Under the pieces are notes generated by a model. It saw nothing but the letters and a program-made list of their open reading frames with translations, had not been told where the DNA came from and ran no database searches. Below are positions 29,517-38,860 of a stretch of DNA of 64,000 bases, in pieces; the stretch's first letter is position 1, and each line of letters opens with the position of its first letter. Origin of the DNA: an uncultured Gammaproteobacteria bacterium (GTDB taxonomy: Bacteria > Patescibacteriota > Microgenomatia > Levybacterales > UBA12049); contig CAZDOJ010000001.1 in assembly GCA_964507055.1 (NCBI GenBank), positions 849,313 to 913,312 of the forward strand, read 5' to 3'. The position numbers and the translations under genes were made by a program.

Positions 29517-30656
29517 TCAGTAATTCTCCCCTGCATTAGTAATAAGAAGTGAATGAGGATGTGATTCTGTAAGACTTGCTTGGGTAATTTGGAGGAATTG
29601 GGCTTTCCTTTGGAGATCTGGAATTGTCTTGGCACCGACATAATAAAGACCAGATTTGATACCTCCAATTGCTTGATCAATGACAGACTGGACACTACCT
29701 TTGACGGGAACCAACCCCTCAACTCCTTCCGCAACCAAAACTCTATCTTTATAATCTTTACCGTGATATTCATCTTCAGATTTGATTTTGGTTCCTTTTT
29801 GCATTGCACCGATTGAACCCATGCCCCGATACTCTTTAAAAACGTAATTGGATTTATTTTTTTGGAAAATACTTTGAAAACGCTGAGGCACTTGAGCACG
29901 TGTCAATGTAACTTTCTTTCCAGGAGACTCTTTGGTAGAAGCAAAAAAGCTTCCCATCATCACAGCTGACGCACCGGTTGCAAAGGCTTTGACCATGTCC
30001 CCTGAGTATTTAATCCCACCATCAGCAATGACTGGTATCTTTTTCTTTGCCGCACTTCGTACAACTTCAGTTAGAGCAGTAATCTGTGGAACTCCCATTC
30101 CTGAAATAATTCTCGTTGTACAAATAGCACCAGGCCCCATACCAACTCTGAGACAATCTGCTCCTGCTGCAATTAAGGCTTCCGCTCCATCAAATGTTGC
30201 AATATTGCCACCCATGATTTCAATCTTGGGATACTTCTTTTTGATAAACTTTATTGCATCAATAATTTGCTTGGTATAACCATGTGCGGAGTCGACAACA
30301 ACCAATGACACATCTGCCTTCACCAATGCCTCAAGTCTTTCCTGGTAATTCCCACTTGCTCCGACAGCTGCACCGACAAATAATCCTTTTACTCTCACCT
30401 TTGCAACATGTTTTGCTTGATCATTAATGGAAAGATTGCGGTGGATAATACCAATGCCACCGAGCTCCGCCAAACCGATAGCGAGTTCTGACTCTGTGAC
30501 GGTATCCATTGGTGCTGAAACAAATGGAGCAGTCAATGTAATCTTCTTCGTTAATTTTGTGGACAAATCTATGTCACCACGAGAAAAATCTGCATAGCCG
30601 GGAAGAAGGAGGACGTCGTCAAAGGTCAAACCGAGAGGAAGTGTTTGCTTAACCAT
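29517..30656 (-). CDS. guaB: IMP dehydrogenase/GMP reductase family protein lacking the CBS subdomain
   Basis: GMGPGAICTTR catalytic Cys loop and GGIKYSGD; 379 aa, about 110 aa shorter than CBS-containing IMPDH. The overlapping ORF 29465..29899 is out of frame and spurious. Confidence 0.8.
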   Translation of the reverse strand: MVKQTLPLGLTFDDVLLLPGYADFSRGDIDLSTKLTKKITLTAPFVSAPMDTVTESELAIGLAELGGIGIIHRNLSINDQAKHVAKVRVKGLFVGAAVGASGNYQERLEALVKADVSLVVVDSAHGYTKQIIDAIKFIKKKYPKIEIMGGNIATFDGAEALIAAGADCLRVGMGPGAICTTRIISGMGVPQITALTEVVRSAAKKKIPVIADGGIKYSGDMVKAFATGASAVMMGSFFASTKESPGKKVTLTRAQVPQRFQSIFQKNKSNYVFKEYRGMGSIGAMQKGTKIKSEDEYHGKDYKDRVLVAEGVEGLVPVKGSVQSVIDQAIGGIKSGLYYVGAKTIPDLQRKAQFLQITQASLTESHPHSLLITNAGENY

Positions 30657-30696
30657 AATTTAATTTATATCATTTAAGCCGTCTTGTCAATGAAAA

Positions 30697-30975
30697 TTAC
30701 TTTCTTTGACGTTTGGATCTTTGTATTCTAATGTTCTTAATTTTATAATCTTCAATCGTGGGATTAGCGAGAAAACCTGCGGTAAATTCTCTTACAATTT
30801 CTGAAACTTTATCTCTTGATTCTGCTGTAACCGTAAGATCATAAAATTTGCCAGCTTGCATATCAGTAACAGGATGACCCTTTCGTACGAGAGCACTTTC
30901 AATAGCAGCTGTTTGGGGATCAAGTATTTCAGGTTTCTGAAATGTTTCAACTCTAACTCGAAACTCAGGAGACAT
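30697..30975 (-). CDS. purS: Phosphoribosylformylglycinamidine synthase subunit PurS (orphan)
   Basis: MSPEFRVRVETFQKPEILDPQ...GKFYDLTV...FLANPTIEDYKI matches the about 80-aa PurS fold pattern. I trimmed the start to ATG 30973-30975 (the track used GTG 30981). Confidence 0.65.
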   Translation of the reverse strand: MSPEFRVRVETFQKPEILDPQTAAIESALVRKGHPVTDMQAGKFYDLTVTAESRDKVSEIVREFTAGFLANPTIEDYKIKNIRIQRSKRQRK

Positions 30976-30998
30976 AAGCACATTATATAAATTCTTTT

Positions 30999-31019
30999 TA
31001 CTATGTCAATAACATAGTA
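30999..31019. promoter_or_regulatory. Perfect inverted repeat TACTATGT-CAATA-ACATAGTA; candidate operator in the purS/GH130 divergent intergenic region
   Basis: 8-bp perfect arms (9/10 if extended) with a 5-nt spacer, 24 nt upstream of the purS ATG. It is AT-rich with no T-run, so it is not a terminator. Confidence 0.4.
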
Positions 31020-31176
31020 AGCTCATCCATTCTCTAAGCTAATAAGAGAGCCATAGACAATGATACAAAAATTTAATTAATAGTGTATGAGTTTGTCTGT
31101 TATATTGACACCCAAACTAGCTTCATGATAGCTTTAATTAGACCCTGTTTTCTACAGAGTATTTATTGCTTCAAAA

Positions 31177-33015
31177 ATGATTAGATTAATTGGTGTTACT
31201 AAAAAAGATAAGGATATACTACTCTACTACGCCTATACAAAAAACGGTAAGAATTTCTTTAAATGTGTCGCAAGTTCCGATGGATTTGAATTTGATGGTA
31301 CGACAAAGTATGTAATAATCACAGACACCAAAGGTCGTGAGGATGCAAAGTATGATTTCAGGAACTTTAATATAACTCCACAAGGTGATAAATTTGCGGT
31401 AGCATTTAAAGCAGGTCCCAAAGCAAAAGACCTTACTTTTGCAGTCTCAGACCAACTACTCCGCTGGACCAAAATCAACAAAGAAGAAACTATTAAAGAA
31501 GCCGGAGCACTTGTACCGGATTATAAGTACAAGCACCGACACGTTCTCTACACAGGCGAACAGAGTATAAAAGTCGCCTACTCGTCTCAGCTTGAGAGTT
31601 GGAAAACAGTCGATAAGCCTGTCCTTGAAAGTCGTGCAGGCTTTTTTGATGATGGAGACCTTGAGATTGCAAAAGTCTTTATCCATGCAGAGCAAATCCT
31701 TGTGATCTACTACTCGAAGTCACAAAAAGGAAAACACACTGTCTATAAAGTCGGTGCTGCATATTTTGATCCAAAGAACCCTGAACATCTTCTTTGGAGA
31801 ACTGAGAAACCTCTTTGGGAACAACCAGCACACCAACATGCAGATCCTTTACAGCCGCTTGATGTCGAAATGACGAAAGAGTACCTCATCCTTTATTGGA
31901 CAGTAAATGATTCCAATATTTATGCAGTAACATGCCCACTTCCAGGTGGAAGTCTCAGAGAAAAGGATATTCAAATCCTTTTGAAGAAGCCTCACCAGAA
32001 TCCAATTTTGAAACCACGTCCTGATCGAGTTTGGGAATCACGAGCAGTATTTAATTCAGCAGCACTGTATGAAGATGGCAAAGTACATTTCCTGTATCGT
32101 GCATTGGGAGATAGTGATCTTTCAGTCATTGGCTATGCAACAAGTTCCGATGGACTGACCATCGATGAGCGGTCCGAAGAACCGATTTATCTTCCACGTG
32201 AACCATTTGAAACCCCTGGCGGACAAGCATTCAAATCATTTGCAGATCACTTCGCATCCGGTGGAGGATATGGTGGAATCGAAGACCCACGTGTCACCAA
32301 AGTTGATGATACAGTCTTTATGACATATGTTGCATTTGATGGATGGAGTCCCCCACGAGCAGCTCTAACATCAATTCCTCTTGAGGATTTTCTCGCAAAG
32401 AATTGGAGCAAATGGAAAAAACCGCAACTCATTTCCCCTCCAGGGATGGTCAACAAGAGTGCAGTTATCTTCCCAGAAAAAATCAATGGAAAATATGTCG
32501 TTATCCATAGAGTGTATCCAAACATTCTGATTGATGTTCTTGATGATTTGAACTTCGATGATAAATATCTTACTGGTCATCATTTCATTCCACCTCGAAA
32601 GGGTCATTGGGACAGTAAAAAGATTGGTGCTGGTGCTCCTCCGATGTTAACGAAAGATGGGTGGCTCCTCATTTACCAATCTGTTGGATACCAAGATCCA
32701 GGTCGATATAAGATCGGTGCTATGGTTTTGGATAAAGACGATCCAACAAAGGTTCTGTATCGAACGAATAATCCAATTGTCTCACCAGACATGCCATATG
32801 ATAATGAAGGTTTTAAAGCAGGCGTTGTCTATCCTTGCGGTGCAGTTATCAAAGATGACAATCTCTTTGTCTATTATGGTGGAGCAGATACAATCGTGGC
32901 AGCCGCTACCGCAAACGTCGATGACTTCCTCGATAAGATGAAGAATCACAAAGAACCAAAGATGAGAAAAGTTAAAGCACCTGTGCTACACTCTAATCAC
33001 ACAGCACATGTGTAA
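31177..33015 (+). CDS. Two-module GH130 (DUF377) glycoside phosphorylase/hydrolase family protein
   Basis: The C-terminal module is an unmistakable GH130 match (GIEDPRV...YVAFDG...FPEKINGKY...DDPTKVLYRT...VYYGGADT). The N-terminal about 270 aa form a divergent second module (LLYYAYTKNG...ASSDGFEF). Confidence 0.75.
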   Translation: MIRLIGVTKKDKDILLYYAYTKNGKNFFKCVASSDGFEFDGTTKYVIITDTKGREDAKYDFRNFNITPQGDKFAVAFKAGPKAKDLTFAVSDQLLRWTKINKEETIKEAGALVPDYKYKHRHVLYTGEQSIKVAYSSQLESWKTVDKPVLESRAGFFDDGDLEIAKVFIHAEQILVIYYSKSQKGKHTVYKVGAAYFDPKNPEHLLWRTEKPLWEQPAHQHADPLQPLDVEMTKEYLILYWTVNDSNIYAVTCPLPGGSLREKDIQILLKKPHQNPILKPRPDRVWESRAVFNSAALYEDGKVHFLYRALGDSDLSVIGYATSSDGLTIDERSEEPIYLPREPFETPGGQAFKSFADHFASGGGYGGIEDPRVTKVDDTVFMTYVAFDGWSPPRAALTSIPLEDFLAKNWSKWKKPQLISPPGMVNKSAVIFPEKINGKYVVIHRVYPNILIDVLDDLNFDDKYLTGHHFIPPRKGHWDSKKIGAGAPPMLTKDGWLLIYQSVGYQDPGRYKIGAMVLDKDDPTKVLYRTNNPIVSPDMPYDNEGFKAGVVYPCGAVIKDDNLFVYYGGADTIVAAATANVDDFLDKMKNHKEPKMRKVKAPVLHSNHTAHV

Positions 33016-33035
33016 AGTAGAAATTCGGGTACAGT

Positions 33036-34985
33036 ATGATAAAACTACAACGCTCTTCAAATAATCCAATCCTCAGCCCTGATCCAAAAAATCCTTGGGA
33101 ACACGATGGAGCGTTCAATGGATGTGTCGCCTATCATGAGGGGACTTATCATATGGTTTACCGTGCTTTATCTTCAGAGAAAAGACAAAACGGTGTCAAC
33201 CTGCGTGTATCCACAGTTGGTTATGCTACAAGTACTGATGGAGTAACTTTTGGAGAACATAGAATGCTCTTTGAACCAACAGAAGATTGGGAAATATATG
33301 GAGTCGAGGATCCACGTATTACATTCCATAACGGCAAATTCTATATATTCTACACAGCACTTTCAGTCTATCCATTTGCAGCCTATGGTATTAAAACCGC
33401 TGTCGCTATTACAACTGATTTTAAGACATTTGAGAAACATCCAGTTAGTACATTCAATGCAAAAGCTCAGGCACTTTTCCCCGAAAAGATTAATGGAAAA
33501 CTTGCGTCCCTCATTACAATAAATACAGATATGCCACCGGCAAAAATATGTGTCGCGACATTTGATAATGAAGCAGATATTTGGTCACCTTATTATTGGC
33601 AGGAATGGTATGACAATGTAAATCAACATTCGCTGCATTTATTGCGTGATCTTCGTGATCAAATAGAACTTGGTGCACCACCAATCAAAACACCAGATGG
33701 ATGGTTTGTCATCTATTCATATATAGGGAATTATCTTTCAAACAATAAGAATTTTGGTATTGAAGCTGTACTTTTGGATTTGGATGATCCGAGGAAAGTT
33801 ATTGCGAGAACTGAGCATTCACTTCTTGATCCTGAAGCGGAGTATGAATTGCATGGAGATGTGCCAAACATTGTTTTTCCTTCGGGTGCACTTGTGAAAG
33901 ATGATGAACTCTTCGTTTATTATGGAGCGGCAGATACACGAGTTGGACTCGCTTCGGCAAAGATCGCTGATATCATAGCTGAAATGAAACCGGCAGAGTC
34001 TGTACCAAATCTTGCACTTTCCGCAGAAGCAAAACAAGCAAATGCCAAACAACCGAAATTCCAACGCTTTGAAGGAAATCCCATTATCAAACCAGCACTT
34101 GAATCAGAATGGCAGGCTTTTGGGACATTTAATCCTGCTGTAGTTTATGAGAAAAACAAATTCCATATCGTCTATAGAGCACAAGCCGTCAAAGGAACGT
34201 CTGTCATGGGATATGCCGTGAGCAGTGATGGCTTCACAATAGATGAGAATTTAGATGAACCAATTTATTTTCCACGTGAATCATTTGAACAAAAGATTCA
34301 TGAAACCGGCAACTCAGGATGTGAAGACCCAAGACTTTCCCGAATTGATGACAAGTATTACATGCTTTATACAGCATATGACGGCGTCAATCCTCCTCGT
34401 GTCGCGATGACTTCAATACCGGTTGAGGACTTTCTTAATCGCAAATGGAATTGGTCACCAGCACAACTCATCTCTCCACCCGAAGTTGATGATAAAGATG
34501 CATGCATAGTGAAAGGTAAGGCTGCTGGAACGTACTTAGCATTCCATCGACTTGGATATGATATTTGGTTGGATATCAGAAAAGATCTTATCTTTAATGA
34601 ATCTAATTGGCTCAAAGGTGAAGTGATAGCACATCCAAGAGCAGATCATTGGGATAATGTGAAGTTGGGTATTAGTGCTCCACCAATTGAAACAGAAAAA
34701 GGTTGGTTATTACTGTATCATGGGGTTTCAGAACCAGGAAATGTTTATAAAGTTGGTGCGATGCTTTTGGACTATGATGATCCAAGAAAGGTTCTTGCTA
34801 GAACCGATGAACCAGTCTTTGAACCCGAAACAGAATACGAAAAAGTCGGAGTCGTTCCAAATGTAGTCTTCCCTTGCGGTGCAGTTGATGTAAACGGAAC
34901 TATCTTTATGTACTATGGCGGTGCTGATGAAGTAATTGGAGTTGCTACTATGAAGGTAAACGATCTACTGAATCTTCTTAAATAA
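33036..34985 (+). CDS. Two-module GH130 (beta-mannoside phosphorylase family) protein
   Basis: Two complete GH130 modules, each with YRA...GYA.S.DG, EDPR, LFPEKINGK, PIKT..GW, LDxDDPRKV and YYGxADT strings. These align with the EDPR, PIKT..GW, LDDP and YYxxxDT strings of a Bacteroides fragilis GH130 enzyme as I recall it. Confidence 0.8.
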   Translation: MIKLQRSSNNPILSPDPKNPWEHDGAFNGCVAYHEGTYHMVYRALSSEKRQNGVNLRVSTVGYATSTDGVTFGEHRMLFEPTEDWEIYGVEDPRITFHNGKFYIFYTALSVYPFAAYGIKTAVAITTDFKTFEKHPVSTFNAKAQALFPEKINGKLASLITINTDMPPAKICVATFDNEADIWSPYYWQEWYDNVNQHSLHLLRDLRDQIELGAPPIKTPDGWFVIYSYIGNYLSNNKNFGIEAVLLDLDDPRKVIARTEHSLLDPEAEYELHGDVPNIVFPSGALVKDDELFVYYGAADTRVGLASAKIADIIAEMKPAESVPNLALSAEAKQANAKQPKFQRFEGNPIIKPALESEWQAFGTFNPAVVYEKNKFHIVYRAQAVKGTSVMGYAVSSDGFTIDENLDEPIYFPRESFEQKIHETGNSGCEDPRLSRIDDKYYMLYTAYDGVNPPRVAMTSIPVEDFLNRKWNWSPAQLISPPEVDDKDACIVKGKAAGTYLAFHRLGYDIWLDIRKDLIFNESNWLKGEVIAHPRADHWDNVKLGISAPPIETEKGWLLLYHGVSEPGNVYKVGAMLLDYDDPRKVLARTDEPVFEPETEYEKVGVVPNVVFPCGAVDVNGTIFMYYGGADEVIGVATMKVNDLLNLLK

Positions 34986-34986
34986 A

Positions 34987-36657
34987 TTACAATTCGTAGT
35001 GCTCGTATGATTTCGTAATTACAGGTAAATATGTCTTTTCAAAATAATCCCGCAGCATACGCGTCGCACTAAATTGGTGCAGAATAAGTTCACGACCATC
35101 CCGTTGCATCATATGCCACTTTGTTTGGTCCTGATCGTAATAAGTTGGAATAACTTGTTGCTCGAGTATATCGAGAAGACTTGTTTGGATAGTATCACTA
35201 TCAAAAGACCATCCAATCCTGTTCACGTCAATTTCATCCATCCATCCATCTTTGGTGCTTAATGGTAAAACTCCATTGAGACTCGCTTTCATACCACTTG
35301 TCCCACATGCTTCTGAACCGACGACTGGAGTATTGAGCCAAACGTCTGATCCGCTGATCATTAATTTTGCCAATGTTTTATTGTAGTCTGCCAAATAAAC
35401 CACGCTTCCTTTTAACTCATTGTCGAGCATCTTTTGCAAAGTATTAATAAGCTCTCGCCCTTCATCATCTGCCTGATGAGAGATACCAGCCATTACAATG
35501 CGTACAGGTCGATCTGCATTTTTTGCAATTGAAACAAACCGCTCCAGATCTCCATATAAAGCTAGCGGTCTCTTATAACGAACCATTCTTCTTGCCCAAC
35601 CCAAAAGTAATTCATTTTCATCCCAATGCTGGCCAGTTTCTTTTGCAATATAACTAAGCAAAGCTTTTTTACTCGTGTCATGATATGCCATACTTTCCCA
35701 ACTTGGTGTATGAATGCCGTTTGTAACTGGTTCCCATACAAAATCCGGCCAAAACTTGCTTGCTTCTTTGACGTGCAACTTACTCACTCCGTTGATTTTT
35801 CCTGCCAATCGCATTGCAAAGACTGCAAGGTAAAAATCATGTGAATCCTCAATCGTTCCTAAATCGGAAATCTTTGTGACAGGAATTTCTAGTTGACTAG
35901 CATACTTACCAAGCATCATATGAATCAACTCATTACTAAAGATATCGTTGCCAGCTGGAACTAATGTATGATTGGTAAAAACCACATGATGGGAAGCCAT
36001 TTTTGATGCCTCTTCAAAAGAGATGTTTCGCTTCTGCATCTCATGTCTTATGATTTCCAAGACAAGTAAAGCGGAGTGACCTTCATTCATGTGATAAAGT
36101 GAAGGTTGTACACCAAGTGATTCAAGTAATCGAAATCCACCAATTCCCAAAATCATTTCTTGTTTGAGTCGAACTTGCTTATCCGCGTCATACAGTTTGT
36201 AACCAATTGCACGGTCTTCAGGAGAATTCTCAGGAACATTGGTATCAAGTAAGTACAGTGGAATAGAATTATTTTGCCAAACCCAACATCGGACAAACAC
36301 ATCATGGTCTCCTACTGGAACTGCTATTATGAGCGGCTTTTGGTCTTTCTTATCTAAAACAGGTTGTAAGCCTTGATTTTCAGGTGTTGGGATAATATGC
36401 TCACTATCCTTATCATGATGTGGGTCAAAACCATATCGACTTTGATAATATAAACCTACAGAAACAGCAGGAATATGCCTATCTGCAAGTTCTTTGATAA
36501 AGTCCCCTGCAAGAATCCCAAGCCCACCTGCATACGTTGGAAGCTTATCTGAGAGAGCATATTCAATACTAAAATACGCTAGGGGTTTTTTCTGCAAAAG
36601 TTGATAGGGCTTAGTTGTTCGAAATTCTTCAAACCAAATTTCGTGTTCATTAACCAT
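34987..36657 (-). CDS. glgP: Alpha-glucan phosphorylase (GT35, short maltodextrin/glycogen phosphorylase type)
   Basis: LPTYAGGLGILAGDF, NEGHSAL, and about 555 aa, typical of the compact GT35 subfamily. Confidence 0.85.
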   Translation of the reverse strand: MVNEHEIWFEEFRTTKPYQLLQKKPLAYFSIEYALSDKLPTYAGGLGILAGDFIKELADRHIPAVSVGLYYQSRYGFDPHHDKDSEHIIPTPENQGLQPVLDKKDQKPLIIAVPVGDHDVFVRCWVWQNNSIPLYLLDTNVPENSPEDRAIGYKLYDADKQVRLKQEMILGIGGFRLLESLGVQPSLYHMNEGHSALLVLEIIRHEMQKRNISFEEASKMASHHVVFTNHTLVPAGNDIFSNELIHMMLGKYASQLEIPVTKISDLGTIEDSHDFYLAVFAMRLAGKINGVSKLHVKEASKFWPDFVWEPVTNGIHTPSWESMAYHDTSKKALLSYIAKETGQHWDENELLLGWARRMVRYKRPLALYGDLERFVSIAKNADRPVRIVMAGISHQADDEGRELINTLQKMLDNELKGSVVYLADYNKTLAKLMISGSDVWLNTPVVGSEACGTSGMKASLNGVLPLSTKDGWMDEIDVNRIGWSFDSDTIQTSLLDILEQQVIPTYYDQDQTKWHMMQRDGRELILHQFSATRMLRDYFEKTYLPVITKSYEHYEL

Positions 36658-36666
36658 TACTTTATT

Positions 36667-38226
36667 TTAAGCTAATTGCTCCGGAGATGCTACTGTCGCG
36701 ATTGTTTCTTTTCTTTTTGCAGCGACCCTTTTATACCAGCTGTCGTATTGTGTCGCAGCATGGCTCCATGAAAAATCACTTTCAAGACAATTTTTAACAA
36801 GCATTTTCCATAATTTCGGATGATTATAGATAATCAATGACTGCATGATCGTACCATATAAAGACCATGCGTCTTTATTTTTGAAAGAGAACCCATTCCC
36901 TTCTTTTGTTGCAGGATTATAATCAGTGATAATATCACTTAATCCCCCTGTTCTTCGTATAATTGGGACACAACCGTATCGTAATGCTTCTAAAGCAATG
37001 ATACCGCCTGGTTCAAAAAGGCTAGGAATAAGCATCATGTCAGCACCTGCGAATATCTTCTTTGGTAATCGGAAATCTGGACGCAAATGCAAACCTACTT
37101 GTTCAGGAAATGTCTTTTGTAAGACTGTTAATTCCAAACGATAGCGTTCTTCTCCACTTCCAAGAAAAACAATTTGTACATCAGGTCGTTCACTCAATAA
37201 ATGAGGTAACGCTTCAAGTACCATATCTAATCCTTTTTGTTTTACCATTCGTCCACTTAACGCAAGCAGCGGTCGATGAAAATCCGGTGTAAGACCGAAA
37301 AGCTTTTGTAGTTCTCTTTTATTTTCTTCTCGTGCATGGACAAAAGAATTGGCATTAAAGTTTTTCTTAATAGACTTATCTGTATGTGGATTAAATTTTT
37401 CTGTATCTAGTCCATTAAGAATTCCTGTCAACCGTCCTCGTACTTCTTGTAAAATTTCATCTAAACCTTCAGCGTATTCAGGAGTCATAACTTCGACTGC
37501 ATGTGTTGGACTAACAGTATTGATAGCATCAGCATTCAACAAACCTCTTTTTAATGGATTTTGTAACTGAAGTACTGGATTTGTCAGAGCAGCAGGTAAC
37601 GGTTTACCTGTATCGAATTCTTCTTTCGGCGAATAACGAAAATCATAGTTACCTTGAAGAGAAAAATTATGAACTGTATAGACAATTGGTGTTTTACGGA
37701 AGATATCTTTATATCGAGGATGTCGGCGAGCTAAATCAAGGAAATAGCCTGTATGCCAATCGTGAGCATGAATAATATCAGGCTTCCACCCATCATTCAT
37801 GCCTGAGTTTGTTGAAAGCTTAACTTGTTGCTGCATCATCCATTCAAGACATGCTTTGGATAAAAGTGCAAAGCGAGTGTGATCATCTTTATATCCATAC
37901 ACATTTGCACGGAGTTCGTAATATTCTTTATTCTCAAGAAAGTATGCATGGATTTTAGAATTTTTATCTCGATATGATTTTACATTACAAATAATTGGTC
38001 GATCTTCTATGTCCATATCCTCAGGCACTTTCAGATCAGTATATTCCATTTGTAATTTCCAATTGCCTTCGATTGTTGTTTCATCCATCGCACCATATTT
38101 CGGAGTAAAAATGCGGACATCATGTCCTAATTTGCGGAGCTCCTTAGGGAGAAAATACATGAATTGACTCAACCCCCCAACTGAAACAAAAGGAGCAACT
38201 TCAGCAGCAAGTAAGAGGATATTCAT
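36667..38226 (-). CDS. glgA: Glycogen/starch synthase (GT5)
   Basis: MNILLLAAEVAPFVSVGGL (KxGGL-like), a GT-B fold C-terminus, and 519 aa. Confidence 0.8.
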   Translation of the reverse strand: MNILLLAAEVAPFVSVGGLSQFMYFLPKELRKLGHDVRIFTPKYGAMDETTIEGNWKLQMEYTDLKVPEDMDIEDRPIICNVKSYRDKNSKIHAYFLENKEYYELRANVYGYKDDHTRFALLSKACLEWMMQQQVKLSTNSGMNDGWKPDIIHAHDWHTGYFLDLARRHPRYKDIFRKTPIVYTVHNFSLQGNYDFRYSPKEEFDTGKPLPAALTNPVLQLQNPLKRGLLNADAINTVSPTHAVEVMTPEYAEGLDEILQEVRGRLTGILNGLDTEKFNPHTDKSIKKNFNANSFVHAREENKRELQKLFGLTPDFHRPLLALSGRMVKQKGLDMVLEALPHLLSERPDVQIVFLGSGEERYRLELTVLQKTFPEQVGLHLRPDFRLPKKIFAGADMMLIPSLFEPGGIIALEALRYGCVPIIRRTGGLSDIITDYNPATKEGNGFSFKNKDAWSLYGTIMQSLIIYNHPKLWKMLVKNCLESDFSWSHAATQYDSWYKRVAAKRKETIATVASPEQLA

Positions 38227-38293
38227 GCCTATATGATACCATAAAAATGAAACTTAAGCGATAAGCAGACTGTGAAGACAATCTAAACTACCG

Positions 38294-38860
38294 TTATAGA
38301 GGCTTTCTTTTAAGCTTTAACAAATAGCCAAGAAATGTTGCGGTCGGGTGAATAATAATCCACATAAAGATAATCAGTAAATACTGATACCACTCCAATG
38401 GAATGTAAAAGAAAGTAAATACAATACCACCCAATATAAAATCAATTTGATCAAAAGGAACCCAACTTCGTCCAGGTTGAATATTCTGTCTCCTTTTGAA
38501 GAAACTTTTCACCGCATCTCCAGCTAACGCTCCAAATCCAAGAAGAAAACCCAATAGAATCGGATTTACTTCGTTATAATTTATGGGCAGGAAATCACGC
38601 TGCCAACTGATTGTGTTGTAAAAGAAAATTTGTAAGTAGACGCCAATAATTGCTACAATTGTTCCAAGTAAAAAGCCACGAATTGTTTTATGACTTCCAA
38701 GAATTCTTTTTCCTTGGAATTTTAATCCAAAATCTACAGGATAATTATATGGTCGCAAAAACTTAATTTTTCCAGAACCAAACGCCACGACATTTGCGAG
38801 TCCTGCGGGTCCAAAAAACCAAAATGCAAAGAAGAATTCTTTAAGAAGCTGTTCAACCAT
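38294..38860 (-). CDS. CarS-like membrane CTP:lipid cytidylyltransferase (CDP-archaeol synthase family, DUF46)
   Basis: 188 aa with about 5 TM helices. GSHKTIRGFLLG (G..KT.RG) and AGDAVKSFFKRR...GRSWVPFDQIDFILGG match the CarS signature (GD..SF.KRR...FDQ.D). It is translationally coupled (8-nt overlap) to the upstream PHP gene. Confidence 0.65.
   Translation of the reverse strand: MVEQLLKEFFFAFWFFGPAGLANVVAFGSGKIKFLRPYNYPVDFGLKFQGKRILGSHKTIRGFLLGTIVAIIGVYLQIFFYNTISWQRDFLPINYNEVNPILLGFLLGFGALAGDAVKSFFKRRQNIQPGRSWVPFDQIDFILGGIVFTFFYIPLEWYQYLLIIFMWIIIHPTATFLGYLLKLKRKPL

Noticed and set aside
29465-29899. 144-aa minus-strand ORF overlapping the 3-prime third of the IMPDH/GMPR gene
   Set aside because: It is out of frame with a gene carrying the IMPDH catalytic loop, so it is spurious.
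31094-31133. Sigma-70 promoter call (TTGACA at 31105-31110 with a downstream -10) for the first GH130 gene
   Set aside because: The -35 hexamer is perfect, but no convincing -10 (only TGATAG or ATAGCT) lies at 16-18 nt spacing. It is too uncertain to list as a feature.
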